Part shown: positions 8,414 through 14,110 of the stretch, one piece after another | Numbering within the stretch: position 1 is the first letter of the stretch | Layout of the letters: the number at the start of each line of letters is the position of its first letter | Assembly (NCBI RefSeq): GCF_006345805.1 | Contig: NW_021825909.1 | Span: 1 to 14,110, forward strand | Reading direction: 5' to 3' | Length of the DNA stretch: 14,110 nt | Source: Octopus sinensis | Lineage: Eukaryota | Made by a program: the position numbers and the translations under genes | The notes under the pieces: model-generated | Seen by the model: the letters and a program-made list of their open reading frames with translations, nothing else | Databases searched by the model: none | Told to the model about the DNA's origin: nothing

Positions 8414-8781
8414 ATATATTAATATAGAGGTCCAGTGTAATTCTCTCTGCCTTTGTATTTACAAAGGAGAGGAAATAAGGTGTTGTAAGTCCAGCAGCTG
8501 TCTTTAGGGGCTTTGAGGTCCATCATGATGCTAGTAGATGTCACAATATGCAGGCTGTAAAGGAAGCAATCAACAGCGGATGAGACGATCCTCCAGTACC
8601 AGGGTAGGAAATATCTTACATTTCAGACGACAGTACAAAGAGGTTAAAAAGTAGAATGATTAAATGTGGAGAGCAAGTAGTGGGGGGGGGTCAATAGGGT
8701 TGTGGTGAGTGGTAAGACGGAATGACGAGGGGAGATAAGGGAGCTAGTTCATGAAAGAGGGGACACTGATAATGGAGGGTA

Positions 8782-9338
8782 TTCTTCTTCTTTTTCTCCT
8801 TCCTCCCCTTCTTCTTCTTCTCGTCTTCTTTTTCCCCTCCTCCTCCTTCTCCTTCCCCTCCTTCTCCTTCCCCTCCTTCTCCTTCCCCTCCTTCTCCTTC
8901 CCCTCCTTCTCCTTCCCCTCCTTCTCCTTCTTCTCCATCTTCTTCTTCTTCCTCCCCTTCTCCTCCTTCTTCTCCTCCTCCTCCACCTTCTTCTTGTTCT
9001 CCTTCTCCGTCTTCTTCTTCCCCTCCTCCTCCTCCTCCTTCTTCTTCTTCTTCCTCTTCTTCTTCTCCTCGTCCTCCTCCCCCTTCACCTTCTCCTTCTC
9101 CTTTCTTCTTCTTCTCCTTCCCCTTCCCTTCCTCCTCCTTCTCCTTCCCATTCTCCTCCTCCTCCACCTTCTTCTTGTTCTCCTTCTCCGTCTTCTTCTT
9201 CTTCCCCTCCTCCTCCTCCTCCTCCTCCTTCTTCTTCCCCTTCTTCTTCTCCTTCCCGTCCTCCTCCCCCTTCACCTTCTCCTTCTCCTTCCCCTTCCCT
9301 TCCTCCTCCTTCTCCTTCCCATTCTCCTCCTCCTTCTT
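8782..9338. repeat. Polypyrimidine/polypurine low-complexity tract (CCT/CTT)
   Basis: About 560 bp, almost only C/T on the + strand. Contains about five copies of the 15-mer CCTTCTCCTTCCCCT and a ~180-bp internal duplication. Confidence 0.95.
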
Positions 9339-9548
9339 GGTAGTAGAAGTTGGGTAGTCGCTAGATGGGTGGGAGGGGCCGGGGATATTTTATTGTCAAT
9401 TGTCATTGTTATTTATCTTTATACAAGACATTGAACCAAAACTCCCCACTTGCCCCCCCCCCCCGTGCCCTATTGCCCCTATTTGTTTTCTGTCCAGCTC
9501 TTGTGGCCAATAAAGAAAGCATAATGTTTATTTTTATTGTTATCATAT

Positions 9549-9908
9549 ACTCTCTTTTACTCTTTTACTTGTTTCAGTCATTTTGACTGCGGCCATGCTG
9601 GAGCACCACCTTTTAGTACTTATTCTATCTGTCTCTTTTTGCCGAACCGCTAATTGACGGGGGACGTAAACACACCAGCATCGGTTGTCAAGCAATGCTA
9701 GGGGGACAAACACAGACACACAAACACACGCATACATATATATATACATATATACGACAGGCTTCTTTCAGTTTCCGTCTACCAAATCCACTCACAAGGC
9801 ATTGGTCGGCCCGGGGCTATAGCAGAAGACACTTGCCCAAGATGCCACGCAGTGGGACTGAACCCGCAACCGTGTGGTTGGTTAGCAAGCTACCTACCAC
9901 ACAGCCAC
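9549..9908 (-). mobile_element. SINE family A, near full length
   Basis: Reverse complement of 6236-6610, including the (CTCTTTTA)n tail. It has a small internal deletion and lacks the first few 5' bases. Confidence 0.88.
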
Positions 9909-10113
9909 AATTATAATAATTATTATTTATTTGTCTATTTTTGCAAAATTAGCAAAGAGATAACGAATCAAGAGTCATTGGAAGTTGAAATAGAGAGGGA
10001 AAAAGAAAAAAAAAATAAATAAATAACAGAAATTGTTTTAGGGAGGGAAAAAGGTCTGTAGGGAATGCAACTGTGCGTAAGGGGTTGGTGACGGAAACGT
10101 CCCCTTTAAACGC

Positions 10114-10931
10114 CGCACGGACGCCCTAACAGATTGAGGGTCAAATACATGATATAAAGAATGTGCCACGGCCGCCCTAACAAATTAAGGGCCGCCCTAC
10201 AAATTAAGGGCCAAATACCTGATATAAAGAATGTGTGCCACGGCCGCCCTAACAAATTAAGGGCCAAATACATGATATAAAGAATATGTGCCACGGCCGC
10301 CCTAACAAATTAAGGGCCAAATACATGATATAAAGAATGTGCCACGGCTGCCCTAACAAATTAAGGGCCGCCCAAACAAATTAAGGGCCAAATACATGAT
10401 ATAAAGAATATGTGTCACGGCCACCCTAACAAATTAAGGGCCAAATGCATGATATAAAGAATATGTGCCACGGCCGCCCTAACAAATTAAGGGCCAAATA
10501 CATGATATAAAGAATATGTGCCACGGCCGCCCTTACAAATTAAGGGCCAAATACATGATATAAAGAATATGTGCCACGGCCGCCCTTACAAATTAAGGGC
10601 CAAATACATGATATAAAGAATATGTGCCACGGCCGCCCTAACAAATTAAGGGCCAAATACATGATATAAAGAATATGTGCCACGGCCGCCCTTACAAATT
10701 AAGGGCCAAATACATGATATAAAGAATATGTGCCACGGCCGCCCTAACAAATTAAGGGCCAAATACATGATATAAAGAATATGTGCCACGGCCGCCCAAA
10801 CAAATTAAGGGCCAAATACATGATATAAAGAATATGTGCCATGGCCGCCCTAACAAATTAAGGGCCGCCCTACAAATTAAGGGCCAAATATATGATATAA
10901 AGAATATGTGCCACGGCTGCCCTAACAAATT
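10114..10931. repeat. 53-bp minisatellite, about 14 units
   Basis: Consensus CCACGGCCGCCCTAACAAATTAAGGGCCAAATACATGATATAAAGAATATGTG. Unit starts at 10468, 10521 and 10574 give the period. GATATAAAGAAT occurs 14 times. Confidence 0.97.
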
Positions 10932-10935
10932 CTTA

Positions 10936-11046
10936 CAAATATCTTACAAACCATAGAATTTTCTCAATAAAGCCAAGAGAAAAAAGATGTTTTATAAACA
11001 CATTCTATCAGTATACGAAGTTTAAAAGTGTTTAGTTGTGTGAAAA
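10936..11046 (+). mobile_element. Internal right-half fragment of the TTAGGG TIR element
   Basis: ACAAATATCTTACAAAC..AGAATTTTCTCAATAAAGCCAAGAGA..TATACGAAGTTTAAAAGTGTTTAGTT matches about 4222-4335. Confidence 0.85.
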
Positions 11047-11112
11047 TCAATTAAAACCTTTTCTAATGGAATTTCCCTCTTTCTTCTGTCATTAAAACAA
11101 CCAGTTGCTTAG

Positions 11113-11227
11113 AACCCTAACCCGAAAACAGATTGAAATGCAATGGATCGATACTAGGGTCATAATTATGGGTGACAATTTCATATGACACCGCTAGAAA
11201 AAACTGCCGGTCAAACCGAAAAGATCC
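11113..11227 (-). mobile_element. Left-end fragment of the TTAGGG TIR element, inverted
   Basis: AACCCTAACCC..CAGATTGAAATGCAAT..CTGCCGGTCAAACCGAAAAGATCC is the reverse complement of about 3928-4043. Confidence 0.85.
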
Positions 11228-11507
11228 GGCCTCTGTATTATTCTGGATACACGACACACATACAACCACAGGTGTTAACATACCAATAAATCATCTCTTC
11301 AACGTCCTAAGCAGTTGCGTCTTCCTTTCTCTCTCTGGCACTTACATATACTATTCAATTTCATATTTATTGTATCATTTTGTATACATTTCGCGCACAC
11401 AGGCACTCATGTTTACATACTAATAAATCTTCTTTTAACCATTCTTCATCGTTATATCTTTCTTTTTCTCTCTGGCACTTACATATACTGTTCAATTTAA
11501 TATTGCG

Positions 11508-11793
11508 AGAGCAGCTAACTGGCTTCTGTGCCAGTGGCACTTAAAGGGCACCATTTGAGTGTGATCGTTACCAGCGTCGCCTTACTGGCACTTGTGCCCA
11601 TGCTAGTAGGGTGCCAAGAGCACCATCTGAGCGTGATCGTTGCCAGAGCAGCGAACTGGCTTCCGTGCCGGCGGCACGTAAAAGGGCACCATTTGAGCAT
11701 GATCGTTACCAACATCGCTTTATTGGTCCCCGTGCTGGTGGCACGTACAAGGGCACCATTCGAGCGTGATCATTACCAACATCGCTTCACTGG
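11508..11793 (+). repeat. Array of about four 66-72-bp units related to the RTE 3'UTR repeats
   Basis: GCACCAT recurs near 11548, 11620, 11686 and 11753. Units share GTGC-n5-GCACGTAAAAGGGCACCA and CGTTACCAG with 525-715. Confidence 0.7.
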
Positions 11794-11973
11794 CTTTAAT
11801 CGAGCAACTCGACCCTGGGACTTATTCTTTTGTAAGCCCAGGACCTATTCTATCGGTCTCTTTTGCCGAACCGCTAAGTAACGGGACATAAACACACCAG
11901 CATCGGTTGTCAAGCAATGCTAGGGGACAAACACAGACACCAATACCACCACACACACCCACACACCCACACC

Positions 11974-12017
<44 letters not shown>

Positions 12018-12190
12018 CATATATATACGACGGGCTTCTTTCAGTTTCCGTCTACCAAATCCACTCAAAAGGCTTTGGTCGGCCTGGGGCTATAGCAGAA
12101 GACACTTGCCCAAGATGCCACGCAGTGGGACTGAACCCGGAACCATGTCGCTGGTAAGCAAGCTACTTACCACACAGCCACTCCTGCGCC
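11793..12190 (-). mobile_element. SINE family A lacking its 3' tail
   Basis: Reverse complement of the SINE A body and head, ending CCACTCCTGCGCC at 12190. Confidence 0.88.
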
Positions 12191-12547
12191 TATATATATA
12201 TATATCTTTTCTACTATAGTAATACTCTTGTGTTTTTCTCCGTCACAATATATGAATGAGACCGGAAGGAAGGAAGGAAGGAAGAAGTGATAGCCAACTG
12301 GTAGTGGGAACATTTTAATTCTGTTTGTGTATATGTGTGTATATATGTGTGTGTGTGTGCAAGGTAGGTATGCAAACGTTTGCATGCGTGAACCAGCATG
12401 CTTTCGATAACAAGCGATGACTGATGTCACATCTCAAAAGACAACCACTAGAAAGCATTGACATGTGTATTAATTTGATTTACCGTCCATATTTATACAT
12501 GAAATATTACAATTTAGCTGTCGCTTTCAACGATATGCGGCCAGCTG

Positions 12548-12559
12548 TTATACATACAC

Positions 12560-12592
<33 letters not shown>

Positions 12593-12603
12593 TATACATA
12601 TAG

Positions 12604-12637
<34 letters not shown>

Positions 12638-12763
12638 ACATATATATATACATATATATATATATCTATATATATATATATATATATATTTATATAATAT
12701 ATACATATATATATACATATATATATATACATATATAATAATATATATTTATATATAATATAC

Positions 12764-12809
<46 letters not shown>

Positions 12810-12858
12810 CATATATATATACATATATATATATAATATTATATATATATATATATAT

Positions 12859-12899
<41 letters not shown>

Positions 12900-12955
12900 G
12901 TATATATGTATATATATATATATGTATATATATATTTATACATATATATTTATAC

Positions 12956-12986
<31 letters not shown>

Positions 12987-12990
12987 TATT
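12548..12990. repeat. Imperfect (TA)n microsatellite
   Basis: About 440 bp TA tract. Confidence 0.97.
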
Positions 12991-12991
12991 A

Positions 12992-13381
12992 CGAGCAGTA
13001 TCGCCCGGCGTTGCTCGGGTTTGTAAGGGAAATAACTATAAAGCATTTTTAGAGAGTTATACGCCAAATATAGCAAAAAATGCATTAAAAATAGAAAAAA
13101 AATTATAGTAAATTTTTTTAAATCGTTGACTCATCGTAGACTTTTAGAGAGTTACTTCCCTTATATAATGGCAAAAAAATGCATTAAAATGGAAAAAAAG
13201 ATGGTAAATTATTTTTAAATCGTAGACTCATCATAGACGCGCGCTAATACCCAGAAGGGCTCGATGAACCACGACTATAAGATACCAGTTTTGGTTAAAC
13301 TGCACCGCAAAATGTGGGAGTATTAGGAATCTAAATCGAAGGGGACAGACACTCACACAACTACAGTTTTATATATATAGA
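12992..13381 (-). mobile_element. Non-autonomous Helitron (390 bp)
   Basis: Minus strand starts A|TCTATATATATAAAA and ends with hairpin CCCGAGCAACGCCGGG (13019-13004), 8 nt spacer, then CTCG|T (canonical CTAG with one change). Inserted between A and T with no TSD. Confidence 0.8.
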
Positions 13382-13411
13382 TATATATATGTATATGTAT
13401 ATGTGTATATG

Positions 13412-13457
<46 letters not shown>

Positions 13458-13478
13458 TATATATAGTATGTTATGTAT

Positions 13479-13507
<29 letters not shown>

Positions 13508-13509
<2 letters not shown>

Positions 13510-13651
13510 CCAATTAAGGACTGAACACGAAAAGTGGACAGTCAACCTGCTAGATATAGATGTCAAATCGCCATTCTCCAGAAATATTATGTTCTCAATC
13601 AAACTCATCACAAACCCAAGCAATAAACAAGTGTCCAGTCCTTAATTGGTG
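13508..13651. mobile_element. 144-bp MITE with 21-bp TIRs flanked by TA (Tc1/mariner-like)
   Basis: TA|TGCCAATTAAGGACTGAACAC ... GTGTCCAGTCCTTAATTGGTG|TA; 18 of 21 positions are complementary. Confidence 0.65.
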
Positions 13652-13741
13652 TATATAATATTTAATCTTCGGATTCTTTTTTAATATGCTAGACCACTGT
13701 TTTAATTGATAAATATCGATTTCTACCCCTTCATTAAATTT

Positions 13742-13747
13742 TATATG

Positions 13748-13809
<62 letters not shown>

Positions 13810-13964
13810 ATAATATATATGCGTATATATATATATAATATATATATATATGTATATATATATATGTGTGTGTATATATATATATATGTGTGTGATATAT
13901 TATTTTGTATGTACATAGATGTGTGTGTGTGTATATATATTGGTGTATATATATATATATATAT

Positions 13965-14001
<37 letters not shown>

Positions 14002-14050
14002 ATATAATATAGATATTATATGTATTATATAACACTAATACATATGTATA
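13742..14050. repeat. Mixed (TA)n/(TG)n microsatellite
   Basis: TA and TG dinucleotide tract. Confidence 0.95.
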
Positions 14051-14110
14051 TAATAGGTGTATGTATAACTGTGTGTGAAATATAATCCCCCATATTTTCT
14101 GTTGGCCAAA

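Noticed and set aside
8691-9434. Long E/K/G-rich and F/S/L-rich ORFs
   Set aside because: They are by-products of a stop-free CCT/CTT tract that is open in several frames on both strands, with no domain content.
10114-10931. CRISPR-like array with palindromic repeats
   Set aside because: Units are contiguous near-identical copies with no unique spacers, no cas genes are present, and the context is eukaryotic.

Overview
AT-rich, repeat-dense animal genomic DNA. The repeat content resembles octopus/cephalopod sequence; this is an inference from recalled repeat families, not a database result. The window has one convincing gene: a two-exon minus-strand GT10 alpha-1,3-fucosyltransferase (FucTA-like, 416 aa; exons 7747-6822 and 5043-4719, joined by a 1778-bp phase-2 GT-AG intron). 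Most of the rest is mobile or repetitive. It includes 3' ends of an RTE-clade and a CR1-type LINE, about 10 copies or fragments of one tRNA-derived SINE, and a TSD-flanked dimer of a second SINE. There is also a TTAGGG-containing TIR element family, a non-autonomous Helitron, a small TA-flanked MITE, a 53-bp minisatellite, a ~560-bp polypyrimidine tract and long (TA)n tracts. Almost all other listed ORFs are artefacts of these repeats. I found no clear new multi-gene system. The best leads are a repeated H-type pseudoknot-like motif in RTE 3'UTR arrays, inverted TE copies around the last fucosyltransferase exon, and several mechanistic scars of retrotransposition.
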